A stretch of 64,000 nt of DNA from Akkermansiaceae bacterium. Its GTDB lineage: Bacteria; Verrucomicrobiota; Verrucomicrobiia; Verrucomicrobiales; Akkermansiaceae. The notes under the pieces were generated by a model. It saw only the letters and a program-made list of their open reading frames with translations. It was not told where the DNA came from and ran no database searches. The stretch covers positions 13,513 to 77,512 of the forward strand of contig JBPOGF010000021.1 of assembly GCA_051251915.1 (NCBI GenBank), written 5' to 3'. Below, in pieces: positions 1 through 10,365 of this stretch (positions are counted from its first letter, which is position 1; each line of letters starts with the position of its first letter). Position numbers and translations under genes: made by a program.

Positions 1-75
1 CTCTAAATTGGAGCACTTTTGTGAATATAAAGTTCTCGTATAATCAGTAAGTTTCTGGCTACATTACTCACAATC

Positions 76-825
76 ATGGGCATACAAATCACACCTGCTA
101 ATAAAATTTGCGTTGTCTCTTATAATATCAGGCACGGAGTGAATATGCAAAATGAGCTCAACCTCAATGGCACCATCAATGCTATTCAATCCCTCACCCC
201 TGACATCATCGCCCTCCAAGAAGTGGATCAACTATGTGACCGGTCAAACAAAGTCGACCAACCTGCTCACATTGCGGAGAAACTCGGAATGGACCACGCA
301 TTCGGCAAAGCAATGGATCTACAAGGAGGCAACTACGGACAAGCTATCCTCTCAAAATACCCCATTCTAAAAAGTAAAGTGCATCGCCTCCCCGGCGAAG
401 GTGAACCTAGAATCGCCCTAGAAATCATCATTGAACCAGCCAAAGGACAGAAAATCTCCTGCATTAGCGTGCATCTCAATTTTCACTCAGAAGAAACCCG
501 ACAACTCCAAATCAAATCCCTCCAACAAGCTCTGAAATCAGTAACTCACCCCATCATCCTAATGGGCGACTTCAATGCTCAGCCAGAAAGCAACACGATC
601 AAAATGCTCAAACAGCAATGGCGCAACATCCCGAAAAAAGGCGCGCAGCTCACCTTCCCAGCAGACACCCCAACCATCGAAATTGACTATTTCTGGCTAC
701 GAAATTGGAAGGCAGAGGGCGTAGTTTGCGAAGTAGTTACAGAAAATAACACCTCTGACCATCGCCCCCTTCAACTGATGATCCATCTACCTGAAGCAAA
801 TGAACACGTTCATTTGGATCCCTGA
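76..825 (+). CDS. Endonuclease/exonuclease/phosphatase (EEP) family protein
   Basis: SYNI, ALQEVD, GDFNA, IDY and SDHRP motifs of the EEP fold. Confidence 0.9.
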   Translation: MGIQITPANKICVVSYNIRHGVNMQNELNLNGTINAIQSLTPDIIALQEVDQLCDRSNKVDQPAHIAEKLGMDHAFGKAMDLQGGNYGQAILSKYPILKSKVHRLPGEGEPRIALEIIIEPAKGQKISCISVHLNFHSEETRQLQIKSLQQALKSVTHPIILMGDFNAQPESNTIKMLKQQWRNIPKKGAQLTFPADTPTIEIDYFWLRNWKAEGVVCEVVTENNTSDHRPLQLMIHLPEANEHVHLDP

Positions 826-901
826 AAAGGACCACATATATTCCAGTCCTGTCACATCTTTCCACTTGTAATTAATTAAATACAAGCCTCTTTAGTAAAG
901 T

Positions 902-2461
902 ATGAATCCTACTAGAAGACATGCACTTAAGGCAATGACTGGCACAGCAGCCAGCATCATAGGGATGCCCCTAACGCCACTCATGGCAGCAATGCAGCAG
1001 TCTTCGGTGAAAACCATTTCCATCATCCACACCACCGACCTCCATGGTCACATCCTACCTAGCACAGATTACGACGGTAACACCAAACTCGGCGGACTAG
1101 CCAAATGCGCTACACAGATCCGATCATGGAGAAATATGAATCCATCTAACATTCTAGTAGACATTGGAGATCTCTACCAAGGAACCCCAGTCAGCCAGCT
1201 ATGTAATGGAAAGGTAATGGTAGAGCTAATCAACAAAATAGGATACGACTCATGGACGCTAGGTAACCACGAATTCGACTGGGGCCTACAAGCCGTAGAA
1301 GAAGCCGCAAACCTCTCAAAAATGCCCATCCTCACCGCCAACATCGAGTATCAAGGCCGTAAGCCAGGGAAATGGGGAAACGCTGACCACCCACTCGCAA
1401 AACGTGTCGCCCCCTTCATGCTCAAAGAAGTCGACGGATTCAAAATCGGCATCGTAGGACTCGTCACCCCAGGCCTCCCATACTGGCTCAGCCCAGACCT
1501 ACTAAAAGGAGTCAAGCCACTCGACCCCGTTGAATGCCTACAAAACAGCGTGACCCAACTCCAAGCAATGAAAGCAGACGCCATCATCGTCACCGGCCAC
1601 ATGGGCTTCAAGTTCCGCTACGACTACGCCAACCCGCTAGATAAGATCCTCGGCAAAGTACAAGGCATCGACCTCTACATCGGAGGGCACTCCCACATGG
1701 ACATGTCCTACTTCAAGGTCAACGGCGTCCTCTGCACCCAAGCTGCCTACCACGGAATCCAATGCGGCAGAGTAGACCTAACATTCGACCGTGAAACCCG
1801 TAAACTACTCAAAAAACGCATCGTCAGCAACCTCATGGACGACCGCTTCGCAGAAGACCCCATCGTCCTCCAACATGCTCAACCCTACCTAGACACCGCA
1901 ACGAAATACACTGAAAAAGAAGTAGGTGAACTACTCGTTGACATCGAAGCCAAAGGCCCTAACAAAAACACCCTTCCCCTCTTCGCTAACGCCTTTAATC
2001 ATCTAGCAGCCAAACAGAAACTCAAAGTCGATGCCATCTTCCACGGCACATTCGGCGGCACACTGAAAGCAGGAAAAGTCACCATGGGAGACCTCTGGAC
2101 TCTTATCCCATATGACAACATGCTCGCCCTATGTGAACTCTCCGTCGAAGAAATGCTCGCCGTAATCAATGAAGCCGATAAATCAAGAATGTCCGACCGC
2201 GAGCTCCTAGGCCTCACCGCCATCGAAAAAGATAAGAAATTCGTAGCGATCAAAAAAGGCGACAAAGCCCTCCCACCAAACCACCGCATCACCGTCCTCT
2301 TCAACAGCTACGACCTCCAGTCCGGCGGACAAAAACTAATGACGCTCAGAAAAATAGGCCAAGCCACCGCATCTAACAAAACAATGTTAGACACCTCAAC
2401 CCGTGACGCCCTAGCTGAATATTTCTTGGATAAAAAAGTTGTCTCAGTTAGCGATCTCTAA
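902..2461 (+). CDS. Tat-exported 5'-nucleotidase / UDP-sugar hydrolase family metallophosphoesterase
   Basis: TRRHALK twin-arginine leader; DLHGH, DIGD, GNHEFD, GHSH motifs; C-terminal 5'-NT domain. Confidence 0.85.
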   Translation: MNPTRRHALKAMTGTAASIIGMPLTPLMAAMQQSSVKTISIIHTTDLHGHILPSTDYDGNTKLGGLAKCATQIRSWRNMNPSNILVDIGDLYQGTPVSQLCNGKVMVELINKIGYDSWTLGNHEFDWGLQAVEEAANLSKMPILTANIEYQGRKPGKWGNADHPLAKRVAPFMLKEVDGFKIGIVGLVTPGLPYWLSPDLLKGVKPLDPVECLQNSVTQLQAMKADAIIVTGHMGFKFRYDYANPLDKILGKVQGIDLYIGGHSHMDMSYFKVNGVLCTQAAYHGIQCGRVDLTFDRETRKLLKKRIVSNLMDDRFAEDPIVLQHAQPYLDTATKYTEKEVGELLVDIEAKGPNKNTLPLFANAFNHLAAKQKLKVDAIFHGTFGGTLKAGKVTMGDLWTLIPYDNMLALCELSVEEMLAVINEADKSRMSDRELLGLTAIEKDKKFVAIKKGDKALPPNHRITVLFNSYDLQSGGQKLMTLRKIGQATASNKTMLDTSTRDALAEYFLDKKVVSVSDL

Positions 2462-3689
2462 CATTTCTCAGAATCCTCATCAGCGCTGCCTGCCCTACTA
2501 ATTGCTTAAACACTCCTCTCCCATTCGGATAGAATTTCATCTCAGCACAGGTCTCTATTTCGTCCCCATTTCTAACAGAAACGCCAATCCAAACAGTCCC
2601 CACAGGCTTATCCGCAGATCCACCACTTGGTCCTGCTATCCCAGTTACTGAAATAGCAATGTCAGCACCTGCACGATTCAGCGCGCCCTCAGCCATCTCC
2701 TTCGCCACCTCCTCACTCACTGCACCAAACTCTTCAAGACTATCCTCACTAACTCCCAGCATCTCCACCTTAGCCTCATTCGCATAAGTCACAAACCCAT
2801 GAGTAAACACAGCAGAAGATCCTGCAACATCAGTAATGCGACTAGAAATTCTCCCCCCAGTACAACTCTCCGCCAGCGCAAGCTTCAATCCTTTTTCTGT
2901 GAGAAGATGCACCACAGTCTCCTCTAGCGATCTCTCATCGTCATTCACAAACTGCTCGGGGTAAGTTTTTACCGCTAGCTCTGCAGCCACTATCCTCTCC
3001 CCCGCCAATCCAATCAACCGTAAATCCAACTCACCAGGCCTAGCACAATAACCCACCTCCAAGTCACCCACCTCGTGAAGCTTCGCATCCAGCATATCCT
3101 GAAATGAACTCTCCCCCACTCCCGAAAATTTAATATTCGTCACCCCATGATCCGCTGGCATATCAGTGAGCGCCTTCAACCTCGGCTCCACCTCCGCATG
3201 ATACATCGCATGCATTTCATGCGGCGGCCCAGGCAATAAAAAGATAGCACAAGCAGAATCACCCAACCTCGGCGGAACATACACCCCAGGTGCCGTCCCA
3301 TTTGGATTCGGCAGCACATCCGCCCCCACAGGATGCAACGCCTGCTTCAAATTTGAAGGAGTCATCTCCCTATTTATCTTCTTAAAAAATGCCTCAATAC
3401 AACGCACAGCATGCTCATCCTCTATCAACTCCACACCCAGCGCCTCTGCCGTTGCCTCGCGAGTCACATCATCACTAGTAGGCCCCAGCCCACCAGTCAC
3501 TATCACCGCATCACTCACCGCTATACTCTGCTTCAGCGCATCCCTAATCGGATCCCCATCCGGAACAGTAACCAACCTCTGCACACGTAACCCCAACCCT
3601 AGCAACTCCTGCCCCAACCAAGCTCCATGCGTATTCAAAGTGCTACCCAAAAGCAGCTCCGATCCTGTATTAATAATCTCTATCCTCAT
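2448..3689 (-). CDS. cinA: CinA family protein (MoCF-like domain + PncC NMN deamidase)
   Basis: GSELLLG..NTH, GGLGPTSDDVT, PNPNGTAPG, AESCTGG, TGIAGPSGG. Confidence 0.93.
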   Translation of the reverse strand: MRIEIINTGSELLLGSTLNTHGAWLGQELLGLGLRVQRLVTVPDGDPIRDALKQSIAVSDAVIVTGGLGPTSDDVTREATAEALGVELIEDEHAVRCIEAFFKKINREMTPSNLKQALHPVGADVLPNPNGTAPGVYVPPRLGDSACAIFLLPGPPHEMHAMYHAEVEPRLKALTDMPADHGVTNIKFSGVGESSFQDMLDAKLHEVGDLEVGYCARPGELDLRLIGLAGERIVAAELAVKTYPEQFVNDDERSLEETVVHLLTEKGLKLALAESCTGGRISSRITDVAGSSAVFTHGFVTYANEAKVEMLGVSEDSLEEFGAVSEEVAKEMAEGALNRAGADIAISVTGIAGPSGGSADKPVGTVWIGVSVRNGDEIETCAEMKFYPNGRGVFKQLVGQAALMRILRNVRDR

Positions 3690-3698
3690 GACGAATTC

Positions 3699-5018
3699 TT
3701 AACACACTTTATGGATTCTGTGTTCAACTTCTTTTGACGTATTTACCTCCGCCTTCAACATCCCCATCAAATTATACACCCCAAAAAACGTCCTGTTCAG
3801 ATACAAAGCATCCGCCTGCCCACGCGCGGAATTGATAGCCTGCAGCTCCTTATCCGTCCGAGTACGTTCACCAAATGCCGCCAACTCCTCGAAAAATCCA
3901 TTATCTCCAAAGTCATACACCCCAGCCATATACGGCGTATTCAATAAAGTAATAGACTCCTGAAAAATCCCTAACAACTTCTCAACTGTAGCCTCATCAT
4001 CCTCATCTAACAATAAACTCACCCCATATAGCGCCGGCTTCAGCTTCTCCCTATCCTGAAACACCTCTGGCTCCATCAACCGGAAATAACTCTCGTAAAA
4101 TTCCCCACTAACCTCCTTCACACACCCAAAATCCAACACCCACAACTCTCCATCCTTCACAATAAAGTTCCCCGGATGCGGATCCGCATGAAACACCCGT
4201 AACGTATGAATCTGATGCGCATAAAAGTCCCACAACGCCTGAGCAATCTTATTCTTCTCCTCCTGAGGAGCATCACTCTCAGCATATTGATCCAGCTGCA
4301 AACCATCCACCCACTCCATCGTCAAAATCTTCTGACTAGAATATTCAGGAAAATATTTAGGAAATTTCGTAGCAGTCAGATCACCTGATCTCTCCGCCAG
4401 ATCCACAGACCTCCGCAACTCCAAGCCATAGTTCGTCTCCTCTATCAACTTAGCCTCCACCTCCTGCATATAAGGATCTATCGCCTTAGCATCCAGCTGA
4501 AATAGCTTCATCGCTATCGGCTTCACAATCGCCAAATCACTATGCAAACTATCCGCCACCCCCGGATACTGCACCTTCACAGCATAGGTCTTCCCATCCT
4601 TAGTCGCCTTATGCACCTGCCCTATAGAAGCTCCAGCCGCAGCCTTATTACTAAAGGTATCAAATATCTCCGTAGGCGACTTCCCCACCTCCCGCTGAAA
4701 TGTCCGCACCACCAACGGATAGGACAACGGCGGAGCAGAATACTGAGCTTTAGAAAACTCATCCGCATACTGCGCCGGAATCATATTCTTATCCATGCTC
4801 AAAATCTGAGCCAACTTCAGCGGACCACCCTTCAACTTACTAAACGTCTTATAAGTATCCGCCGCCGTCCGCTCGTGAAATTTCTCCTTCTCATCCCTAC
4901 CGGTTAGCGCCTTAGTCCCCTTATACCGCAAGTAATTCACGCCCACTTTCATCCCTGCTCCCGCAAGGGACGCCGCTCTGCCTAACTTATGTTTCGGGAT
5001 AGATGTTTGTTCTTTCAT
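3699..5018 (-). CDS. ABC1/AarF/UbiB atypical kinase
   Basis: ASIGQVHKA, VKVQYPG, HADPHPGN, LDFGC. Confidence 0.92.
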   Translation of the reverse strand: MKEQTSIPKHKLGRAASLAGAGMKVGVNYLRYKGTKALTGRDEKEKFHERTAADTYKTFSKLKGGPLKLAQILSMDKNMIPAQYADEFSKAQYSAPPLSYPLVVRTFQREVGKSPTEIFDTFSNKAAAGASIGQVHKATKDGKTYAVKVQYPGVADSLHSDLAIVKPIAMKLFQLDAKAIDPYMQEVEAKLIEETNYGLELRRSVDLAERSGDLTATKFPKYFPEYSSQKILTMEWVDGLQLDQYAESDAPQEEKNKIAQALWDFYAHQIHTLRVFHADPHPGNFIVKDGELWVLDFGCVKEVSGEFYESYFRLMEPEVFQDREKLKPALYGVSLLLDEDDEATVEKLLGIFQESITLLNTPYMAGVYDFGDNGFFEELAAFGERTRTDKELQAINSARGQADALYLNRTFFGVYNLMGMLKAEVNTSKEVEHRIHKVC

Positions 5019-5021
5019 TCT

Positions 5022-5699
5022 TTATTCAGGTATAAATTTACTAATCATTTTGCTCAACCCTTTGAGCCTATCATCCTTCCCAGCCATAAATCTTACAAAA
5101 TCAAACCCAGACTCCAGCACACCATGCGCCGCTGACTGAATCCCAAAATGCGTACTCTTCTCAATAAACGCATCCGTATCCTGAAAATCCACACTACTAT
5201 CCTTAATGTAAAAATGAATGATCCCTAAAAAATGCATAAAAATAAACCGATCATAATACTCTAACAACTTCTTCCGATCCGCAAAAATCCCCTGCTGCAC
5301 CCCCTCACCAACTATCCCTTTCGCAAACTCCCTAAAACGATCACTCATCCCCTTCAGTATCCCACTATTGCCACCCACCGGCCTAGGAAAGAACCCCACA
5401 AACCGTGACCTACTCCCCTGAATATGTGTGATGTAAGTAAAGAAAAACGCCAACAACTTCTGATCCGCAGAATACTCCGCGTAATCAGCATCCCCCTCTA
5501 ACACCTTAATAGTCTCATCCACCGTCGCCTGCCAATAACCAGACTCAACCGCCTCTAAATTAGCATAACTCTCATAAAACTCCGCCTCCTCACGCCCAAG
5601 AGCATCCATAAAAGCATACACACTTTTAGGACGTTCACCCTCGGTTAACAGATACTTCCAATAGGCAGTTTGAAGCTCGTCTCTCACATTTTCTGACAT
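5022..5699 (-). CDS. TetR-like transcriptional regulator (C-terminal domain type)
   Basis: Degenerate N-terminal HTH (EAEFYESY); DSSxxFQDTDAFIEKS C-terminal motif; 3 bp upstream of the ABC1 kinase. Confidence 0.65.
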   Translation of the reverse strand: MSENVRDELQTAYWKYLLTEGERPKSVYAFMDALGREEAEFYESYANLEAVESGYWQATVDETIKVLEGDADYAEYSADQKLLAFFFTYITHIQGSRSRFVGFFPRPVGGNSGILKGMSDRFREFAKGIVGEGVQQGIFADRKKLLEYYDRFIFMHFLGIIHFYIKDSSVDFQDTDAFIEKSTHFGIQSAAHGVLESGFDFVRFMAGKDDRLKGLSKMISKFIPE

Positions 5700-5777
5700 A
5701 CTGCATTACTATGGCGGGTATCCACATTTGTCAATAATTGAATTTTCAGTAATTACTGAAAAACACCGCAAGCTCAG

Positions 5778-6386
5778 CTATTTAGCCTCAGCAGTGATCG
5801 TCTTATTTAGCCGAGCCCACTCCACATTGATCTTCTTATTCCCAGCCCCTCCATTCTTACTCACCGTCACATCACCAAAAATCAGATCACTAAACTTCAG
5901 CTCCTCCTCCACCAACTTGTAACTTAACTCATTCTCAAAAGTAGTTTTCCCAGTAGTATCTAGATGCTGAACCTTTACCTTACCATTTTTTAAAAAGACC
6001 ATTTCACCGCGCTGGCTAGAGAAATCCGCAATCGGATGTTTATAATGATACACCACATCAAAATCCACAATATCAGCTACCTGCACACCACTAATAAGCC
6101 TCTCGGAATCCGCTATCTCCTTTTTAAGTTTCACTATCCGAGCTCCAAACAACTTCAGCATCCCTTCATTCTCCACCCGCTTCTCATACCTCTCAAGTGC
6201 CTTCAGAACGTCTTGCTTCTTCTTCAGTATCTCCACCTCAGCAGATTTTCGCTCACGCTCCTCATAGTCCGCCAGCTGATCCAACACACGCTTAGCCTTA
6301 TCTGGCAGTTCCACAGCCTGAGCATTGGCTATACCATGTAATCCTACTACAGCCGTTAAAATGACAAGTGTTTGTGAATTTCTCAT
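5778..6386 (-). CDS. Hypothetical exported protein with N-terminal coiled coil
   Basis: Signal peptide MRNSQ..IANA (start 6386 preferred over 6416), charged helix, beta-rich C-terminus. Confidence 0.7.
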   Translation of the reverse strand: MRNSQTLVILTAVVGLHGIANAQAVELPDKAKRVLDQLADYEERERKSAEVEILKKKQDVLKALERYEKRVENEGMLKLFGARIVKLKKEIADSERLISGVQVADIVDFDVVYHYKHPIADFSSQRGEMVFLKNGKVKVQHLDTTGKTTFENELSYKLVEEELKFSDLIFGDVTVSKNGGAGNKKINVEWARLNKTITAEAK

Positions 6387-6393
6387 AAGATGA

Positions 6394-7071
6394 TTAGTTA
6401 GTGTTAGCATTAGCATCAGTCAGGACATTAGTCAGTTCGCCGCCCCACCGGATAAGCAATGATTTCAGATTAGAACTCGGACGCTCAGAAATAATGATCG
6501 TGCCTAATGCCCCCTCAGTCTCCACCTCTATATGATCGATAATTTCTTTCCATTCCCATGTGTTCACCACTTCTTTCCCCTTGTATTTATAAACAGCCCT
6601 GACCTTATTTTGCGGCCTAAATATCAACTTACCTGCGATGACTCCATCCTCTTTGAAAAGGTAATCCGTCTTAAACAGAAAATACTTGTTACCTAACAGA
6701 CCTTTCCCAGAATCACCACTCGGCTTATCTTTATCAACCTTCGGCTTCACCACATTTGCTTCCCCTTTCTTTTCACGGAGCCTACTGATCTCATTCATGA
6801 TCAACGCCGCTTCAGCCACTTCACCAGAAGTCAGAACCCGCTCGATGACATTCTCCAGATCCTCAGCAGCACGCTCACGTTTAATCGCAATTTTCTCCTC
6901 AGTCTCAGCTCTCAACTCGCTCTCAAATACTTTCATTTTTTCAAGCAACTCCATCGATTTCCTCACCGCCTCCATGTCACCCTGAGCATGAACCAATGAT
7001 GAGCCTACAAATACTACCATGAGTATAAGAGAGTGAAATCTCAATAAGCTAACATTCCAGAATTTGAACAT
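6394..7071 (-). CDS. Hypothetical exported protein with N-terminal coiled coil
   Basis: Signal peptide ending VHA; same architecture as the downstream gene. Confidence 0.7.
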   Translation of the reverse strand: MFKFWNVSLLRFHSLILMVVFVGSSLVHAQGDMEAVRKSMELLEKMKVFESELRAETEEKIAIKRERAAEDLENVIERVLTSGEVAEAALIMNEISRLREKKGEANVVKPKVDKDKPSGDSGKGLLGNKYFLFKTDYLFKEDGVIAGKLIFRPQNKVRAVYKYKGKEVVNTWEWKEIIDHIEVETEGALGTIIISERPSSNLKSLLIRWGGELTNVLTDANANTN

Positions 7072-7158
7072 GACAACACCCTGACCGCTATCCGATATTT
7101 TTCAAGTGACTTTTTTCTTTGCCAATTAGCAATTCATCGCTTTGATATACCTAGAACC

Positions 7159-7866
7159 ATGTCCCAAAGTAGCTCATCATTTCAACCCACCCGCTGGACA
7201 CTCGTCCAGCAAGTCAAAGGAAACGCCACCGATGCAACAGACGCCCTAAACGAACTCTGCACCATGTACTGGCGTCCACTCTACGCCTACGCCCGCAGCT
7301 TCGGTAGATCCATGGAAGACTCAGAAGACGTAGTCCAAGGATTCATGGCTAAAGGCATCGAGAAAGCACTCTTCTCCGCAGCCCAGAAAGAAAAAGGCAA
7401 GATGCGCACCTTCCTGCTCACCGCATTCAAACGCTACCTCAGAGACGAGCACGCCAAAGAAGTCACCATCAAGCGAGGACAAGGCAAAGTCGAAACCACC
7501 GACATCGCCGCAGAAGAAGAACGCTGGGGAGACGAAAAAGCCATCGACCCCACAGTAAGCTTCGATAAACGCTGGGCACTCATCGTCGTTGAAGCCGCCG
7601 GCGAGCAACTCCGCCAGAAATACAAAGCCGAAGGAAACATCAAACTCTACAACGCACTCGTCCCCAGCCTCAGCGGAGAACTCACCACCGGATACCAAGA
7701 AATAGCAGATGACCTCCACATCTCACTCTCCGCCGTAAAAGTAGGCGTCCACCGCATGCGCAAACGCTACGGAGAAATGCTCCGCGCAGAAATCATCGAA
7801 ACCATCACCGAGAACGAAGACCCAGACGATGAACTCCGCTACCTCATCGCCATCCTCTCAGAATAA
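7159..7866 (+). CDS. ECF sigma-70 factor (Ser/Thr-kinase-associated PVC type)
   Basis: FQPTRWTLV, LCTMYWRPLYAY, EDSEDVVQGF, region-4 HTH SAVKVGVHRMRKRY. Confidence 0.9.
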   Translation: MSQSSSSFQPTRWTLVQQVKGNATDATDALNELCTMYWRPLYAYARSFGRSMEDSEDVVQGFMAKGIEKALFSAAQKEKGKMRTFLLTAFKRYLRDEHAKEVTIKRGQGKVETTDIAAEEERWGDEKAIDPTVSFDKRWALIVVEAAGEQLRQKYKAEGNIKLYNALVPSLSGELTTGYQEIADDLHISLSAVKVGVHRMRKRYGEMLRAEIIETITENEDPDDELRYLIAILSE

Positions 7867-7877
7867 TTCCCAAACAG

Positions 7878-7909
7878 AAAAACTTACCTCCACTTCAAAA
7901 ACTTACCTC
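7878..7909 (+). repeat. 13-bp direct repeat AAAAACTTACCTC x2
   Basis: Copies at 7878-7890 and 7897-7909 in the sigma-kinase spacer. Confidence 0.75.
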
Positions 7910-7929
7910 TGACTCACTTCTAACAAGAG

Positions 7930-9510
7930 ATGCCAAACACCAAAGCCAATCAGACCGCCGAAAAAGCCAAAAAAATGCTGGCTTGGGCACTCACTGAGCG
8001 GCTAGATGCTCCCAGAGAAAACAAAACCATCGTCCTCCCCGGCTACGACATCAAGGAAACCCTCGGCAAAGGCGGCATGGGCACCGTCTACCGCGCCATC
8101 CAAACCGAACTCAACCGCACCGTAGCACTCAAAATCTTCTCCCCAAAAGCCTCTGATCGAGACCTCTTCATCGAACGACTTAAACGAGAAGGACAACTCA
8201 TGGCGCAGCTAAAGCACCCCAACGTCCTCTCCATCTACGACGCCGCCGTCATGGAAGACGGCACACCCTACCTCGTCCTAGAATACATCAAAGGCGAGGA
8301 CCTACAACAAAAACTCCACAACGAATTCACCCTCAACCACCGCACCGCCGTCCGCATCGCCATCAAGGTCTGTGAAGCCCTCTCAGCCGTCCACCAACTC
8401 GGCATTATCCACCGTGACATCAAGCCCGCAAACGTCCTCCTCGGCACCAATGGCTCCGTAAAAGTCACCGACTTCGGCATCTCCAAGGACATGCGTACCA
8501 AAGAGAAAAATACCTCGCTCACCATGACCGGAACCACCGTCGGCACCGCGGACTACATGTCACCAGAGCAAACCAGAAATGAAGAGCTCTCCCCCAGATC
8601 TGACCTCTACAGCGTAGGCGTCCTCCTCTACGAAATGCTCATGGGCGTCACCCCAAGAGGTAAATTCCCTCCCCTCAGCAAGGCCCGCATCCCCAGCAAG
8701 CTAGAATACATCATCATGCGATGCCTCCAGCAAGACAAACACAAACGCCCCGCATCAGCCGAAACCCTCGCCCTCTCCCTCAGAAAAGTTTACCACCTCC
8801 TAAATCACCGCAAACACAAAAACTACAAATCACTCGCACTCTGCACCATCGCTGCCCTAGGCGCCATCACCCTAGTCACCTACGTCTCCACCAAGAAAAA
8901 CCAGCCACACATCCCCGAGACACCCTCCATCTCCAAATGGAAACTCGACGGAAACATTGGCGAATGGACCCCCCTCACCCACAGCACACCACTCGCCCAA
9001 GTCGGAGAATGGTGGACTGATGCAGACTCTGACACTAACACCAATATCGATGCCATCTACACCCAAGATCAACAACACGCCAAACGCTTCTTCAGCTTCT
9101 CAGCCGGCTACCACTACACATTCTCCACAGAGTTCAGCCGCATCTACGGCGATGGAAACATGTGCGTATTCCTCCCCACCATCAAAGGACTAGTCGTCTT
9201 TGAACTAGACCACACAGACGCCCACCTCACCGGCTTCCATACTATCAACAACCAAGACCTATCCCAACAAAAATACCCCGCCAAACTCGCCATCGAAACC
9301 GGTGAAAACTACCTCCTAGAAATAACCGTCAACCACACCGAAATCTTCGCCTCCATCAACGGCGAACTCATCGCCACCCTCCCCCTCAAAGACAACGCCT
9401 TCAACACCCCCTCCCACTGGGGAGAACCTACCTCCATACCATTCAAAATCGGCATCGGCTCAAGCTGTCATTCAGCCTTCAAAAACACCAAAGTTAAACG
9501 CGATAAATAA
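7930..9510 (+). CDS. Membrane Hanks-type Ser/Thr protein kinase
   Basis: GKGGMG, VALK, HRDIKPAN, DFG, YMSPE; TM helix then beta-rich extracytoplasmic domain. Confidence 0.95.
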   Translation: MPNTKANQTAEKAKKMLAWALTERLDAPRENKTIVLPGYDIKETLGKGGMGTVYRAIQTELNRTVALKIFSPKASDRDLFIERLKREGQLMAQLKHPNVLSIYDAAVMEDGTPYLVLEYIKGEDLQQKLHNEFTLNHRTAVRIAIKVCEALSAVHQLGIIHRDIKPANVLLGTNGSVKVTDFGISKDMRTKEKNTSLTMTGTTVGTADYMSPEQTRNEELSPRSDLYSVGVLLYEMLMGVTPRGKFPPLSKARIPSKLEYIIMRCLQQDKHKRPASAETLALSLRKVYHLLNHRKHKNYKSLALCTIAALGAITLVTYVSTKKNQPHIPETPSISKWKLDGNIGEWTPLTHSTPLAQVGEWWTDADSDTNTNIDAIYTQDQQHAKRFFSFSAGYHYTFSTEFSRIYGDGNMCVFLPTIKGLVVFELDHTDAHLTGFHTINNQDLSQQKYPAKLAIETGENYLLEITVNHTEIFASINGELIATLPLKDNAFNTPSHWGEPTSIPFKIGIGSSCHSAFKNTKVKRDK

Positions 9511-9515
9511 CCACC

Positions 9516-10250
9516 ATGCAGAATGACGATTTCTTTCAAACCCACCAAGTGAGCAACGCCCTCGCAGGAATCTTCGATGACCTCCCCGGCTTCGTCTACT
9601 TCGTCAAAGACCTCGATAAACGCTACGTCGCCTACAATAAAAGACTAGTCGATATTTTTGACGTCGAAGACCCCACCAGCATCCTCGGCAAACGTGATGA
9701 CGACTTCATGCCCCCCAACCTCTACAAAGAAATCCTAAAAGACGATATCCTAGTCCTCGAAACCGGAGAATCCATCCTCAACCGCGTCGAACTCGTCCCC
9801 CGTGGAAATGGATTTGTAGACTGGTCCACCACCACCAAAAAACCCCTCCAAGACCGCGATGGTAAAGTCTGCGGAATCGTCGGCGTCACACGCCCATTCA
9901 GCCAAGGCACCACCTCTATGAGAAAAAACGAGGAACTAGGAGACGCGCTAGACACCATCCACGAGTCCTTCCGCGAAAACCTCCCCATCAGTGAGCTCGC
10001 CGCAAGCGTCAACCTCTCACTTAGTTCATTTTTACGTAAATTCAAGACCTGCTTCAGTATGACACCCAAGGAATACATTCGCCACTTGCGTATCCAGGAA
10101 GCTTGCCATAAGATCGTTCAGACCACACAAAGCTTTGCTGAAATCAGCTACGAATGCGGCTTCGCAGACCAAAGCCATTTCTCCCGCGAATTCTCCAAAA
10201 TCATGAAAGAACCACCATCATCCTACCGGTCACGATTCAGGATTAAATAA
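9516..10250 (+). CDS. PAS-domain AraC family transcriptional regulator
   Basis: PAS (YFVKD..GKRDDDF..TTKKPL..GIVG) + AraC HTH (CGFADQSHFSREF). Confidence 0.92.
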   Translation: MQNDDFFQTHQVSNALAGIFDDLPGFVYFVKDLDKRYVAYNKRLVDIFDVEDPTSILGKRDDDFMPPNLYKEILKDDILVLETGESILNRVELVPRGNGFVDWSTTTKKPLQDRDGKVCGIVGVTRPFSQGTTSMRKNEELGDALDTIHESFRENLPISELAASVNLSLSSFLRKFKTCFSMTPKEYIRHLRIQEACHKIVQTTQSFAEISYECGFADQSHFSREFSKIMKEPPSSYRSRFRIK

Positions 10251-10277
10251 ATAACCTAAAACACCAAACATCACCCT

Positions 10278-10342
10278 TTGACGATTTTATTCAAAACATT
10301 GCCAAAATAATGCAAGACCAAACCAGCGGCTATCGCTACATT
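10278..10342 (+). promoter_or_regulatory. Putative AraC tandem half-sites and activator-dependent promoter
   Basis: TTGACGATTTTATTCAA (10278-10294) and TTGCCAAAATAATGCAA (10299-10315), 21-bp period; -10-like TACATT at 10337-10342. Confidence 0.5.
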
Positions 10343-10365
10343 ATTATCAACAATACAAACAACCT

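Noticed and set aside
31..75. In-frame upstream extension of the EEP gene resembling a signal peptide (IISKFLATLLTI)
   Set aside because: No ATG/GTG/TTG start before the upstream stop; cannot be supported without homologues
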